A stretch of 63,999 nucleotides of DNA, filler included, from Circinaria calcarea (taxonomy: Eukaryota): the NCBI GenBank assembly GCA_051942165.1. It is 12 parts of 12 records of this genome, joined end to end, with 100 filler letters (N's around TTAATTAATTAA, not from the genome) between each part and the next. Parts side by side here need not be neighbours in the genome. Positions count along the whole stretch, not along the records: positions 37,601 to 42,866 come from JAVECS010001974.1; positions 42,967 to 48,223 come from JAVECS010001975.1; positions 48,324 to 53,576 come from JAVECS010001976.1; 9 more parts are not named here. One strand, given 5' to 3'. The position numbers were made by a program, and so were the translations under genes. Below the pieces are notes generated by a model. That model was given only the letters and a program-made list of their open reading frames with translations. It was not told where the DNA came from and did not search any database. Each line of letters begins with the position of its first letter. Positions within the stretch are counted from its first letter, which is position 1. This document shows positions 37,856 to 50,676 of this stretch, piece by piece.

Positions 37856-38716
37856 TCACTCCCAATCCGCATCCAGCGGCCTGCACCATCCTTCTCCCAC
37901 CACCCGAAAAACCGCCATCTCCCCCGCCCGCATCTCACGCAAATCATACCTCCCCGCACTCACAGCCAGCGGCACGCCTCCGTTCTGCTCAATCACCTTC
38001 ACCACATCGCCCTCGACGCCCGCAACCACGGCGGTGTGATGCGCCATGCGCACATTCTTCTCCCCCGGGCCCCTTTGCCACTGGCCCCATTCGGTCCCTC
38101 CGGCGGGCGTCGAGACCTCGAACACGGTTCGGAAGTGCGCGCATGTCAGCTCGAGGATGTCGCCCCGGCGCACGTCGGCGAGTTGCAGCAGTCCGGCGTT
38201 GGAGCCCGGGGCGGCGGCGCAGAGGGAGAGGAGCGGGTAGCCGTGCGAGCGACCCTGGCTGAGTAGAGGGGGTTCCTGGCCGTGCTGGCGGTAGGACCGG
38301 GCCAGGTCCTGCAGGGCGTGCTGGACGAGGGACCAGCATTCGCCGTCTCCGACGGTTTGATCGAGGGAGCCTTCGCTCCAGGCGGCGACGTTACGGCCGT
38401 AGGCGTCGTGGGCGCGGGAGAGGTCGTCGTCCGAGAGGGGAGCCGGAGGTGGCATGTGCTTCTGCCGGGCGGAGACGGTGCGGATGGGATCCGAGTCTTT
38501 CCAGGTGACTTGGACTTTGGTGGTGGAGAGGTCGGCGGTCCAGCGGACGGAGGCCACGAGGACCTTTTTCACGCCGGAGAAGTCTTCTTCCCAGCTGTAG
38601 GCGTAGGTCGAGGTGTGAGGGCCTTTGGCACGCATCGAGGGTACGGGGAATACGGGAGGAAGCTGGGTGTACCAGAGCGAGCCCAGGTCGAGGTCAAAGT
38701 CCTGAGACATGGTCAT
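37856..38716 (-). CDS. Stand-alone BBC1/AIM3-type cysteine-proteinase-fold (CHAP/NlpC-P60-like) protein
   Basis: DLDLGSLWY start, QKHMPPP, VGDGECWSL (Cys), VRRGDILE, HHTAVV (His), VIEQN (Glu/Gln/Asn). Intronless and visibly GC-rich. Confidence 0.8.
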   Translation of the reverse strand: MTMSQDFDLDLGSLWYTQLPPVFPVPSMRAKGPHTSTYAYSWEEDFSGVKKVLVASVRWTADLSTTKVQVTWKDSDPIRTVSARQKHMPPPAPLSDDDLSRAHDAYGRNVAAWSEGSLDQTVGDGECWSLVQHALQDLARSYRQHGQEPPLLSQGRSHGYPLLSLCAAAPGSNAGLLQLADVRRGDILELTCAHFRTVFEVSTPAGGTEWGQWQRGPGEKNVRMAHHTAVVAGVEGDVVKVIEQNGGVPLAVSAGRYDLREMRAGEMAVFRVVGEGWCRPLDADWE

Positions 38717-38717
38717 G

Positions 38718-38718
<1 letters not shown>

Positions 38719-38760
<42 letters not shown>
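38719..38760. repeat. (CT)n/(GA)n microsatellite, ~20 units
   Basis: Direct reading; it abuts the start codon of the 37856-38716 gene. Confidence 0.95.
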
Positions 38761-38763
<3 letters not shown>

Positions 38764-39115
38764 ACGTAGAGGTCAGAAATAGAAAGATTTAATCATGGGG
38801 ACGTTTGAATTCAAGTATTTCTGCATCTCAAGGGTGGAATGAGCGGTACAGAGGAGTAAAACAATTATGTAGTCAGACTTCTATGAAAAAACGTAGACTC
38901 TGAATCACATCATTCACAGGTTGAAGCCTGGCACTGTCCTGTTCGCCGGGAAGTCCCAAATTTTCTTGGAACACTGTGAGAGCCTAAATGGCTTTGCAAG
39001 TGGGATGGAGCAATAGGAGTTAAATACAGTAACGTCACGTTAATCTCAATCGGATAATACAGATATTGTCTAAGAAACCAGCTTTTAGCAGAAGTTGATG
39101 CTCATTGTAGTTAGT

Positions 39116-40407
39116 CTATGTTCTTGGTTTGCTAGATAAGGGAATCGGAGGTGGCACTATGGCCGAACCGGGTTCAAACTGAACTTTCTTAGGTGGTGGC
39201 GGAGGAGGCACTTTCTTCTGGCCTCCACTAGCAAACAGTGCTTGTCCAACAGGGCTTGCCGCGGGAGGTGAAACCTCGTAAGAAGAAGGCGTGCTACTCG
39301 TAAGTCCAGGACTGCTTATCCTATCCGTAACTCCATATTTTGTATTCAAATTATTGGCACCTTGCCATCCAGCGGCGACTTGGTCACCGTGCCGTTCTCG
39401 AAAGTTATTGGCAGTTGAGGCAGCGTTTCTTGCATCAGCCAGAGATACGGAAGAAGGATTGTTTCGGAAAGTGTTGACGGTCTTCAATGCAGCTTGTTTC
39501 TGAGCAAAGGATGTACCTACGGGAGAAGACTGTGGCGGAGTTGAAGAAAAAGCAGACAACTTGGAGAATCTTCCTTGGAGCTCGTTCATGCCTGCCCCTT
39601 GGTTGGAAGGAGAGCTAGGTGATGCAGCAACGCCATGCAGACTTTGGTGATCCCGTCCCGAACTGACAGCCTCTGGTTCTTTTCCGATACCTAGCCCGGG
39701 TACAGATATACCAGCACTGCTCAGCCTGCTAAGAGCGCTTTGATTCAAGTAGCTTTTCTGCGGCGGCGGTTCAACCGATTTGGTAGTCTGTAGTGAATCG
39801 ATGCTAGTAGTTGTAGAGTTTTGTCTTGGTGGAAGCCTTGGAGGTAATGAGGGCTTGGGCTTGGCGCTTGTAAGAGATCCGATGGTGATGGATTCTGAAT
39901 TTGTCTCTACGCGTCTTGCTGGTGGCTTTGGTAGACTCCGAGGTGACAGTCCAGTGGTATCAACCCTGTAAGGTCCTGAAGGCGGTGGAGGTTCCTGCGC
40001 AGTCCCTCCTTCTCTCGTAGACATTTCTTCAATGTCTCTTTCTTCCAGGGCTCCGGTGTGACCATAACTTATAGGTATTCTTGATCCATCCTTATCCGAC
40101 ATTGTATGACTTGGTCTTACAGCCCCACCATAGGTTGGAATATGTTTGGGAGGCGGTCCAAAGGCACTTGGGTCTTTGAGAGCTGCGAGGGGCCGGGAGT
40201 GGTGACTTTGCGCATTCTGTATTGCATTGGAGCTCTCTCCTTTGCCCATCAGTCCTGCCTAAAGATAGTTAGGTCCACAGCAGTTCTTGGGAAAGACCAT
40301 ACACCAACCGCTCTGCCCTTGATATCACCCCGCCAACTCTCCTTTTTCCTATCCTTCCCATGCAAGCCAGCTTTTGCGGCATCCCTCACACCCCTCACCT
40401 TATCCAT
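39116..40407 (-). CDS. Proline-rich cytoskeleton-associated protein (AIM3-like annotation in Pezizomycotina)
   Basis: Exon 1 from ATG 40407 (MDKVRG...KESWRGDIKG), intron ending ctaac...ctttag, then AGLMGKGE...SRPLAALKDPSAFGPPPKH...KPSLPPRLPPR...GTSFAQKQAAL...NNFRERHGDQVAAG...PPPIPLSSKPRT*. Confidence 0.8.
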
Positions 40408-41176
40408 ACCAAGTGCAGACCTTATTCACGAAGGTGTCACAGCAGATATAGCATTTTCGAATATCATTTATTGCTGCGATAATGAAGTGAAGGGTTGCAT
40501 TTTATATAATAGGTACTTTCCAGCTTATTTAACGATGTCGACATGTTGTTGGAGCTGTAGAATACGGGATGTCACGTGCTTAGGGCTAGACGGGTACTGC
40601 TTATAAAGCATTCTAAAGAAGACCGAGTTCTAACACTACATCACAGCATATCTACCTATGGTGTAATAAATTTAATGTGGCGAACACTCCCGCAATCTAG
40701 GAGAATTCCTTGCGTGCATACTTATCTATTGATTCTATCTTAGAGCTACCAAGAACGCTATATCCAGTCCAAGGTCCCAAGAGATATGAACAATCCAACC
40801 GCCGTCAGTTTGATATAGACATGATCACTCCAACTCCTGTCACCCGCAAAGCCAGGTCTACCATCCGTGGTGACCTAACTCCAAAACAAGGATATAAATG
40901 TTTATCATGCGGGATGGTATCGTTGCGTAAATCGGAGCAGTGACAAACACAGCAATACCCACAGAGTACAACCAATAAAACCAGACTATACCAGAAAGTG
41001 ACCTTATTAGAAAGAAAGGCTGTACGAGAAAAATAGAGGCAGGGAAGGAAATGGAATGGGCAAGGGGCAAGGGGCAAGATACATGGTCAATGTCTATGAA
41101 ACCATATAAGCAAATGGTATATCTTTGACATAATATATGCAGTAGTTCAGGTAAACTGTTCTCAGTGTAATCCTCT

Positions 41177-42823
41177 TTAACGATTTGCAGCAAAATCCGT
41201 AACTTCAGTAGCATGCGGCGGTTCCTCACTTAGCGCCTGCAGTGCCCTTGAGACCTCGTCACAACCTGGCTGTGAGGGTGGCAGAGGCACATCTTCAGGA
41301 TTGTGTGGTTGGGGTGTTCTCATGTTGCTGCCTTCTCCGGAGGTAGTAATTGGTGAGTCAACGGTAGGTACGTCCTCGCTGTTCGCGCTTGAATCATCTG
41401 CTACTTGCTCGTCGCTTGGACCTGGAAGGTGTGACAAACTAGTGGCACTGGCGTGGGATGAATTCTCTCCATCAGGTAGACTCTGTACTATGGAGCTATC
41501 AGAATCAGCTAGCTCGGCGTCGTCCTGGTCGAGTACAGGGTCAAGAGCTCGCCTGCTGGCAATTGGATGTCCAAGGTCGTTGAGGCCGCGAAGGTAATCA
41601 ACCAGTGCCGGACGAGAACGCTCGGCGACTTGAATGAATTCATGAAATGGATCTGCCGGAAAGCTCATGGCTCGCCGAGATGTAAGGCTGGCTGCTCGCG
41701 CCTCTGAGCTTCTACTATCAACGGCCGTCGTGGCTTGACTTGTCCTGGTCGAACTGCTGATGCGGCTTCGCTGTCGTTCTTCGTGAGCTCCTACTAACGA
41801 CCTAGACCCACGACCCCTAAAGGACGGTTGGGTTGGTAGCTGATTTGAACTAAGATGAGCACCTGCAAAGGCAATATGTCCTGAAGGGCTATGGGTCCGT
41901 AGAGAAGCTACCGAAGATGCCGGAGAAGTTACTACTTCTGCAAGGAGATTTCCAAGGTGATGTTGAGGTATATTCGAGTTATGAAGCGAGTCGTGGGATG
42001 ACTGGTTAGAAAGCCTTCCTGCACCTGTGTAGCAATGGCAGTTCTCATCGCAATAACATGTCCGTGCAGCAAGGTGCTTTTTCTTGTTAGTGGCTTCAGA
42101 ACGCTTGACATATAGTCGGTCCTTTTTGGTACGAACGGCATCCACCAGCTCGTTAGTGGGCTCATCCGGCTGAGCAGTTTCAGCTCTAGGCTGGGACGAC
42201 AAATCAACAGTTTGGCTGTTTTGAGTATCAGGATGTATCGAGGGTGACGGTGTTGCTCGTGCAGATCCATCTCGCAGTTGCCTTCTAACGTCCGGTTGCA
42301 TTGGGCCTTCTACATGATCCATAGATGATTCTGCTTGGTCAGATACATCTGAGGGAGATAGAAGGTCCGGCTGTCGCCCAAGAATGCGATAAAATGGTTT
42401 TTTGATCAGGCCGATTAGTTTTTTGGCATTGCCCTTGGTATTGAAACGCCGCCTTAGTCGTTTATCAGTCCCCTCAACAAGATTACCTCTAGGGTGAGTG
42501 TCTTGCGCCGGGTCCGTATCCAAATTGATTGGCGGTGATTTTGGTGTTACAGTAGCGCCGTGGGCATGAGGTTGCGTAACAATAATAGATGGAGGCTCCC
42601 TAGCCCGCAATCCGTTTTCATTTCCCTGGGATGATGCTTCGTTCCGAGGAGTAGTCTGATTCCTCTGATCGTCCAAGGCTCCACTGCTCAACACTGTATG
42701 ATCACGATGATCACTGCAAGGCGGAAGATGGTTAGGCGAGCTTGACCTTACAGTGTTCTGACCCGAAGTCGTCAAGACAGATGCCAAGGTCGTCTGTGTC
42801 GAATTGCGTCCCAAGCCAAACAT
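41177..42823 (-). CDS. Hypothetical 548-aa S/P/D-rich disordered protein with CxCxxxCxC motif
   Basis: Long ATG-initiated ORF containing RTCYCDENCHC; 5' end lies 43 nt from the contig break, so it may be partial. Confidence 0.7.
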   Translation of the reverse strand: MFGLGRNSTQTTLASVLTTSGQNTVRSSSPNHLPPCSDHRDHTVLSSGALDDQRNQTTPRNEASSQGNENGLRAREPPSIIVTQPHAHGATVTPKSPPINLDTDPAQDTHPRGNLVEGTDKRLRRRFNTKGNAKKLIGLIKKPFYRILGRQPDLLSPSDVSDQAESSMDHVEGPMQPDVRRQLRDGSARATPSPSIHPDTQNSQTVDLSSQPRAETAQPDEPTNELVDAVRTKKDRLYVKRSEATNKKKHLAARTCYCDENCHCYTGAGRLSNQSSHDSLHNSNIPQHHLGNLLAEVVTSPASSVASLRTHSPSGHIAFAGAHLSSNQLPTQPSFRGRGSRSLVGAHEERQRSRISSSTRTSQATTAVDSRSSEARAASLTSRRAMSFPADPFHEFIQVAERSRPALVDYLRGLNDLGHPIASRRALDPVLDQDDAELADSDSSIVQSLPDGENSSHASATSLSHLPGPSDEQVADDSSANSEDVPTVDSPITTSGEGSNMRTPQPHNPEDVPLPPSQPGCDEVSRALQALSEEPPHATEVTDFAANR

Positions 42824-45800
42824 TACATGCTCGCATCTCTCACAATTGAAGCGTATGTGCCGACTCNNNNNNNNNNNNNNNNNNNNNNNNNNNNNNNNNN
42901 NNNNNNNNNNTTAATTAATTAANNNNNNNNNNNNNNNNNNNNNNNNNNNNNNNNNNNNNNNNNNNNGTGGGGAGGATTATCAGGAGGGAGGAAGGAGGGG
43001 GGAAAGCGAAAGAAAAGGGAAGCGATCCGTTCAAAAATGTTAAATGTCCACAAAAAAAACCCCAAAAAAAGGGGCCATGGGGCTTTTCAATACCGGCAAT
43101 TGCTTCATATCAACCACTTACACCTTACACGAAATCGAGGACCCCTTGCCAAAAGTATAAACATTGCCCCCAGGTGGAGCGAATCCCCCCCTCCCTTTTC
43201 GCTCTTGAAACCGAAAGAACGAACCGAAAGGAAAACCGGTCCCTTGTCACCGAAGTTGCCAAGTCACCATGCAAGAAAAACGGCGGATGGAATTTGCTTC
43301 ATTACGAGCTATTTTGCCCCGGAAGCCAGGTTTTTTTCAAGGCTCTCTTGGTTAACTAGCTGACCTGCTCCCCTTCCTCCACATGACACGGTCTCCGCTT
43401 TGGGCCTTGGGCTTTGGCTGCGTGCCCTGTCCATGCACAGCTTGCTCGTGTCGACGATGGGGCTTCAGACCGCCCCAATCTCCGCGCGATAGAAAGCGGT
43501 CGGCAAGCAAACCTCGGCGGCTTGGAAGGAGGGCAAGTCAGGCCTGCTGGTTGCTGGGGCTCTGCTCCTTTTAGCGTGAAAGGTGAAGGGGAGGTTCTTA
43601 CCGACATGGTAGAATTCATGCGGCGGGAAGGGGAGGGGAGGCACATCAATAATAGGAAGAGAAGATATCAATTACAATATATCGAGTAGGTACAGGGTTT
43701 GCCCTCAAACGGGGTTACTAAAACTTCTACATTCAAGCACAGGATGCTTTCTATGAGCGTTGCATTCCAGGACTTATTGAGCTTCGCGAAATAAAGGGGG
43801 CACGAAGCGTCGGCGAACGGGGCCCCAGCACTTGTTCGAAAGATACACCATTGAATCCAACAACAGGGATGCTGTGAGATTTTGCTTGTTTGGTCGGAAC
43901 CGATCGTGAGCGGGTTCTAACAAGACTGACGTGAAGTTTGCAAGCGATGCGAACCGCGAAAAAGGGATAGGAGCAAGGGGAGGGAAGGAAAGGGCGATGA
44001 GTGAAAGAGGGTGTGGTAGATTGGAGCTCCCGGTTTGGGGTGTCATGACTCTAGGCAAATAGCTTTCAAGCAGAGAGGTGTATAGTGCAGTGATGTAGTT
44101 GTTCGATAAGACAGCGGCCACAACTGTGGAGGGCCCTGGAATAGTAGGAGAGGAGACCGAAGAGTGGAGAAGGAGGGAAGTGAGGTGAACACTTCATGGG
44201 GCTTGAAAAGACGTGGCTTTAGGACAGGAGACAAAGAGGATGGCGGGCTCTGATAAAGGACAGTTTTGAAAGCCATGGATGCTGATGGTGATACTGCGCG
44301 TGAATCAGTGGCAAGAGAAGTTCCGGAGAGGTAGATGGACGCTAATCGTTGAAATTTCACTCGAGGCCCTTCTCCAACTCATCATTGTTCCGGCTGTTAT
44401 GCAGGTAGTCTCCTCCTTCCCTTCCTTCCGTATCTGCCCACCAAGGACTGGATCCTAGCACATGAAGCAAACGGTTCAAGAGCTGACAGTCACCCCAGGG
44501 GTTGTGTTGCCTACTCATTCTTCAATTCGTGTTAAAGTCCGTCCGGGAGGGCGGCAGGAGTGGAATTCGCTCGAGGTAAAATCCACTGCCTGAGGCGATC
44601 ATGGCGAAGCTTCCGCCCTTTTCTCGTGAGCGTCAATCGTCATTATGTCATGGTATAAGGGGGTAGGCTGTGACAGTAGGCATATCTCGTCGAGGTGTTC
44701 CAATGAGAGAGGACACGCCATGACAGTAATGCAGGCTTTGCTGGCAACTTGTTGAAGGCTGCTGCTCGACCCAGGCTTGTCGATCGCGCTGGACGAGGGC
44801 GAGGGCGAGGGCGAGGTGTCTTTCGAACCGATCCATGACCGAGTCGGCTAAGACCTGACCGGCCGTAGTGGCTGTGTGCATGACACGTACTGTGGGCTTT
44901 GGTGAAATCTCCATGATCAAGATCACATGTAATGGAGTGTGCGCTGTTACACAAGGCGCGGCTACCCCTCATCTGGATTGGGCAAGGGCCATCTACCCAA
45001 TAACACGTGTAGAGGACTTAGTGACCCTGGAGTAGATCCACTTGGACATCAGACGAACCTTTCAACGACGGATGGAATGAAGCAGCGCCAGACCCGTGGA
45101 AGCGGGAATGTGCTTCGTTTCCTTACACGGTCATGCAGTGTCAAGTGTCCAAGTCCACGTAGGCCACGCGTCGAGCATTGGAGCTTCTGCACGCTTGCCT
45201 CAGGAGAGGAAAGCCTTGCAGCCTCACCTTCAAAGGCCGGTTCGGATCGTGATTGAAATCGACAGCGAGCGGTAACGCATTGCTGCCCGAGGGAAGCCAT
45301 GAATGTAGAGGAGCAGACGCTTGAATGGAGACTTCGAGTCCGTCTACGTATCAGTAAACGATTGCCACATTGAAAGGTATATCTAATTCAAAGCCCGCAT
45401 CATCAAATATACGCCGACAGAATTATCAATCCCAGCGACAACGTTTGAGGAATCCGTGGAATCCGTGGAATCCGTGGCGAAACTTGGCTCGAGACACATT
45501 CTGCCAGTTCCACTCGAGTCAACAGGCACAAATGTATCTTCTCAGGCACGCGCCAAGGCGAGGAACCAAAGCTTCGTGGATCTGCAATCCCAGTACGAGA
45601 TGGAGGAGACCGTCGAGTAAGCACCGCTCTTGGCCACTCGGCCTGCATCCTTTTCTCGACCAAGAATCCAATGTGCTTCTGCGAAGCACCGCCACCACCG
45701 ACTATAGGGCGATTGCGTAATTCTCCCATTGGCGCGAATGATGGTCTTCCATCTCGAGTGGACGGTCACTGGCAGCTCTTTGCTTGAGTCGAAGCCGGGG

Positions 45801-46297
45801 CCAACGCTCGATCTGACATCAACCACCGGCTACTACTTCGGGTTCCTGCATTAATCCAGCCTCGAACAATTCGGACTCGAATCCATAACTCGAGAGTTCA
45901 GACCCCATTGCGAGAGAGATGATGGCGTGGAGTAAAGAAAGACACGGCGATGGTGTTCCGCGCTCTCTGTGCGGAGGAGAGCATCCCAGCGTTGGTGCTA
46001 AGGATGGGGTTCACCGGTCCATTAGCGTCAACAAAGCACGACGGTTTCTTAGGGCAGATTCCAAGGCGAGACTTGACCGGTGAAGGTGGGGAGTAAGACG
46101 GTGTGTTCGGCCTGTTCCACTTTGCCCGTTCAAATATGAGGGTAAGGCATTGCTTCAACCGGATGTGATATAGCCTTATCTATCAACATTTCCCAAACAT
46201 TTCTGGTAAGCTCCGCCTCATCAAGGCAATCGATTCCCCGCCATCATCCAGCATCGGCTTGGTTCAGTATTTTTAGACCTTTCTTATTCTACTGAAC

Positions 46298-48223
46298 ATG
46301 CTCTCAGCACGCATCAAAGCACGCCGCGATCAGCATAGGTCGGGACGCAACCGAATTCGTCGAGCGGCCTCATCTTCGAACATCGAGGTTTCTCAGAACG
46401 GATGGTACATCGAATCGGATCCCTCGAGGAGACGGGATTTCGGGTCAACTTCGTCAGACTTATCCTATCCGAACTCAGGCAATACCCGTGGACAAATCCC
46501 AACGCCTAGTGGTACATCTTATAGTCCCTTGGATTCGAACATTTCAGAATACCAATCGATATACGGCCCATTGACCTCGATCCCCTCTCAGCAATCTACC
46601 ACTTCCTCGCAGGGACTAGGCTCGGAAATCTTGGGCGAGCATGATGCAGACCTCTATCCAGCAACACAGCAATCGTTAACTGAAGTTTCGGTCCCTCACA
46701 CTGACACGTTTCATTTCTCGCTCAACGAGGATCCCCCGAATTGTTTGCCATCTCAAAGTGACTTAACCGTGATGAGCCTATACCAATCTTGGTTGATTCC
46801 GAAAATAGCACCGCACGTTCTGCAAAATCACGGACAGCCAACAGTGGCTGGTTATCAAGTAGATCGGGCATACGTCGGGTATGGGCCACAACTGGAAGAG
46901 AATCTGTCTGCATATAATCAGATCCAGCCACTACCGGACGGAGCACCTACATATTACCACATTTCCCAGGTTCCTCCCGGAGAACCATGGACGCCATGGA
47001 ATGTACACCATGAGCAAGTCACGAATCAGTCTGCTTTCGACAATTATACCGCTTTCCTTGAGCAACAAGTGCATCCTCCAACCGCCACCCTTCATGATCA
47101 ATATGTACCACCACAGTCCTTTTGGGGCACCGAAAATGACGGACAGTACTTCGCTGCTTCGGCAACAGAAACTATTGAGTTGCCTTCATCAGATGATCCG
47201 GTGGGTCCTCCCATTGGTTTCGAGCCCGGTGGTGCTCAACAAGTCGACGAGCAAAGCAGACTGGATAACGCAAAAGGCGGAAGGCGGCACGGGCCATTGC
47301 ATCCTGTATCTGCAAAGAATGCTTGTAAGATGCGAAAAGAACATGTGTGCATGTCGTGTCGGATGTTAAGGGAAGCGGTAGGACTGATATACTCATTCCA
47401 TCAAGGCAAAAGTACTGATGAGTTACCTTGCCATAGTGTGTTTTCGACGGCGACGAAGCTGTTTGTCGGCGTTGCAAGCACAAGTGTAGCATTCCTGGAC
47501 GGTGGAGTTGCGATCGAACGCAGCTATCGGAGTTGGTGCCTGTTTTTCTGCCAAGTATTCTTTTTGACCACCCCACCCACGATGCCCTCGAGCGTTTCCT
47601 CCAACGCCATATTACTGGTTACGTCGAGGAAAATCCTATTTCAGTACAGTTAACACCTGGGTTTGGAAGGCCTCTGGTTATCCAAGCCATTGAAGCTCAT
47701 CCAAATGGCACTTGGATGCTATACTCAAGGCAATTGAGACGGAAAACCCATACAGACAAGTATGAAGCGATGAGAGTACCCTCACCGTCCCTGGTAATCA
47801 TATTGCAGGATGAGGGAAGTGTGCGAAAGTGGAGAGGAGAACTCGAGAATTATCTCCATACAATGCTAATGGAAAACTTTGAAAATATTGCTCGGAAGTG
47901 CTTTCCCGGCGGCAAAGAGTCCAACAGAATTTCGAGGAGCATCATGATGCTGTTGTATGAGTACTACCTAAATTGCCCCAACAAGGTAGGGTGAGTAATG
48001 CGTGAGGGTCTGATGTCACACTGACTTAGTGCAGGCAAAGGATGTGCCGGTTTTGTGTTTGGAGCTCATCATGCTCACCTTTATGATGAGCCATGCGTTC
48101 ACGCTCGTGGAAGAAACTAGACGCACAACCTGGCAACAACTCCACCATCGGCCAGACCAACCCTATGGAATGCGTACGTCGGCAAGATATTTGAATAAGC
48201 AATTGAAATACCTCCTATCAACC
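46298..48223 (+). CDS. Zn(II)2Cys6-like transcription factor, 3'-truncated
   Basis: Intron 47378-47436 splits the cluster: CMSCRMLREA|CVFDGDEAVCRRCKHKCSIPGRWSCDR, preceded by GGRRHGPL...ACKMR; second intron about 47985-48034. Confidence 0.8.
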
Positions 48224-48323
48224 NNNNNNNNNNNNNNNNNNNNNNNNNNNNNNNNNNNNNNNNNNNNTTAATTAATTAANNNNNNNNNNNNNNNNNNNNN
48301 NNNNNNNNNNNNNNNNNNNNNNN

Positions 48324-50430
48324 GTAGCCTCCCAGTCCGATCGCATCTCTTCAATCTTCTGCTTGTAGTCCAGCTCCGGATCATAGTGCTTGCCGACGCC
48401 CCTCCATCGCTCATACAAAGATAGATGTTTGGGATGAACAGCGACACCATGATAGTCTTGTTCCCGACCAGAACGGATATACTGCCAGCGACGTTCTTGC
48501 TCCTTAAGATCGAGGCCGGTGGTATCTGGCAGGAAAAGCCAAGTGAGAATCATGCCTGCTAAGCCAAACCACGGTACGACATAAAATTTGGTCTGCGTAT
48601 CAATGTAGTTGTAGAGCACAGCGGCTGTCAAGGCACCGAGTTTCCCAACGGCGGCGGAGAAGCCGTGTGCCGTTGCGCGGATTGGAGTCGGGTAGACTTC
48701 GGCTGCCACAAGGAAGGAAACAGAATTAGGACCGAACTGATTGAAAAAAGAGGAGAGGAAGTAGATTGCTTGGAAAGCGTGGATATGGCCTGGACTGGTG
48801 AAAAACTTGTAGTTAAAAGCTGGAACGACGAAGAGGATGAAATCAGCCGCGAAACCGACGATTTGCATGTTTCTTCTCCCGTAGAGTTTGTTGTCAATAA
48901 AAAAGGCTATCAACAATCAGCTTGTGTGGCCTGAAACCAGAGCAGCAATACTGACAGGCAAGGTAGTACCCGACGAGAGAGACGCCAACATTTACTAGAT
49001 TATAGAGCCAATTGGGTAAAATGGATGTTGTTCCAGGACTAATAACAGAGATGAACTCGCTCTGGAAGAGCTTGTTACCGTAAAAGAAGATATCGTTAGC
49101 ATACCAGCCCCCGGCAGTGGCGAGCAAACGTGGTCCGAAGTACGTCAAGGTAAGCCGAAGGGACTCCGTATCATAACCAGTAACATGACTCTTCTTCTTA
49201 GCAGCGTCTAATTGCCGGCTGGCGGACTTCATCTTGTAAGTACGGTAGTAGACTAGCCATAACGTGCCAACTGCTGGAATCGCAAAGGAAACTCGGTATG
49301 TCCATTGAACCGCAACGGTCGAATACGGTGGATTTCCGCTTGAAACGGTTTAGCAAAACTTGTGGCTAAGAGTGCAGATTGATTACTGACCTTCCGTGAT
49401 GAAAAATAAGCAAAAGTAGGATGAGAATAGCTTGGTTGAAAAACTGGCCCCAACCCTGCATAAGAAAAGCACTTGTAACTTTTCTTCCACGATGGAGGCG
49501 ATCTTCCTTGGTTGAAATCTTGCCGGATCCGACCGCGTTTTCCATGCCAGATGTTGCCGTCATAGGGTATTCGCCCCCCACTCCGACACCGTAGAGAACT
49601 ACGATACATGATCAGTAAGGCTTATCGCGGGATTGATATGCTGTTCACTGACACAAACTCCAAACATAGAATATTACCCACCCATTTTGGGTCGTAGCCC
49701 AAGCTGCCGTGAGCATCAGAAGCCCAATAAACATTATCGCAGCATCTTGGATAAGTCCCCATCGTCGACCAAGCCTGCTCCAGATCAGTTGCTATAGCAG
49801 CAGTTTAACGCAATGCCATCTGTCGACGCACCAGTCGCCAAGGATTCCCACAAGGATCTGTCCAATGATGATGCCGACGATTTCAAGATAATCTGCAGCT
49901 GCAATCCACGTTTCACTGCAGATCCTATATGTTTTCCAGCAGCTCGGGAAGGCTTTCACAAGACCATTAGTCACAACTCTGATGGAATTAGCCAGGAAGC
50001 CTACCTCCTTGTGCTTGGAACATTGGCTTAATATTTCCAATCGAAAACAAAACGTAACTACACCGAGGTTAGCACCCTGTCATATCGATCGTCGGGCAGT
50101 AGCTACTGCTTACCCTTCAAGACCAAGACCAGCACCTGGAAGCACCATGTTACGGAAGTAGTAGGCAACAGGGCTGAGGGGGTCTGCCTTCATCATGCGC
50201 CCAATAGAAGATAATTCCTTCTTGGTTTCTTTTGCATCGTATCTTCCCACAAACTTGGCACGCTTGGCAAAGGGCATGTCGGCCCAATAGACACCATGCT
50301 CATCATAGCTGTCGTCGGGACGAATCAGGTAGTCGAAGATGGCTCTCTCGTTTTTTGTAATAGTGTGCGTTGGATCATGAGTACCACCCATGTCAGGCCA
50401 ACGAGGCTTAGCTGAACCGTAGTCCGTCAT
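48324..50430 (-). CDS. MFS inorganic phosphate / glycerophosphodiester transporter (Pho84/Git1-like), 3'-truncated
   Basis: ATG 50430 (MTDYGSAKPRWPDMGG); GLGLEG|YVLFS, GDW|LGRRWG, GVGVGGEYPMTA, AFLMQGWGQ, WYANDIFFYG, QFGPNSVSFLVAAEVYPTPIRATAHGFSAAVGKLG. Confidence 0.92.
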
Positions 50431-50676
50431 AATATGTGACGATGAGGATGAATGCGCTGAAGTTGAAGTCCCTGCGAGCAATATCAAAGGCAGAGAAGGA
50501 GGGAAGCTGTCTTCGGAGGTCAAATAAGACCCGTGCAGCGTGGATCTCTCCCAGGTTCTAGTGATGTAACTACTGCAGCACCAGTAGGAAGGTCCGATCG
50601 GCGTTTCGGACGTCAGCGAGATTCCTGCTCCCCACTCAACTTCCAGAGTATGGTCGAGGCTGGAGAAAAGCAATAG

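Noticed and set aside
42967..46297. Many short overlapping ORFs, a (ggaatccgt)3 repeat and a possible micro-exon ATGTCG|gtaaga on - near 43608
   Set aside because: No recognisable domains; reads as a long regulatory/UTR region, and the micro-exon cannot be verified without transcripts.
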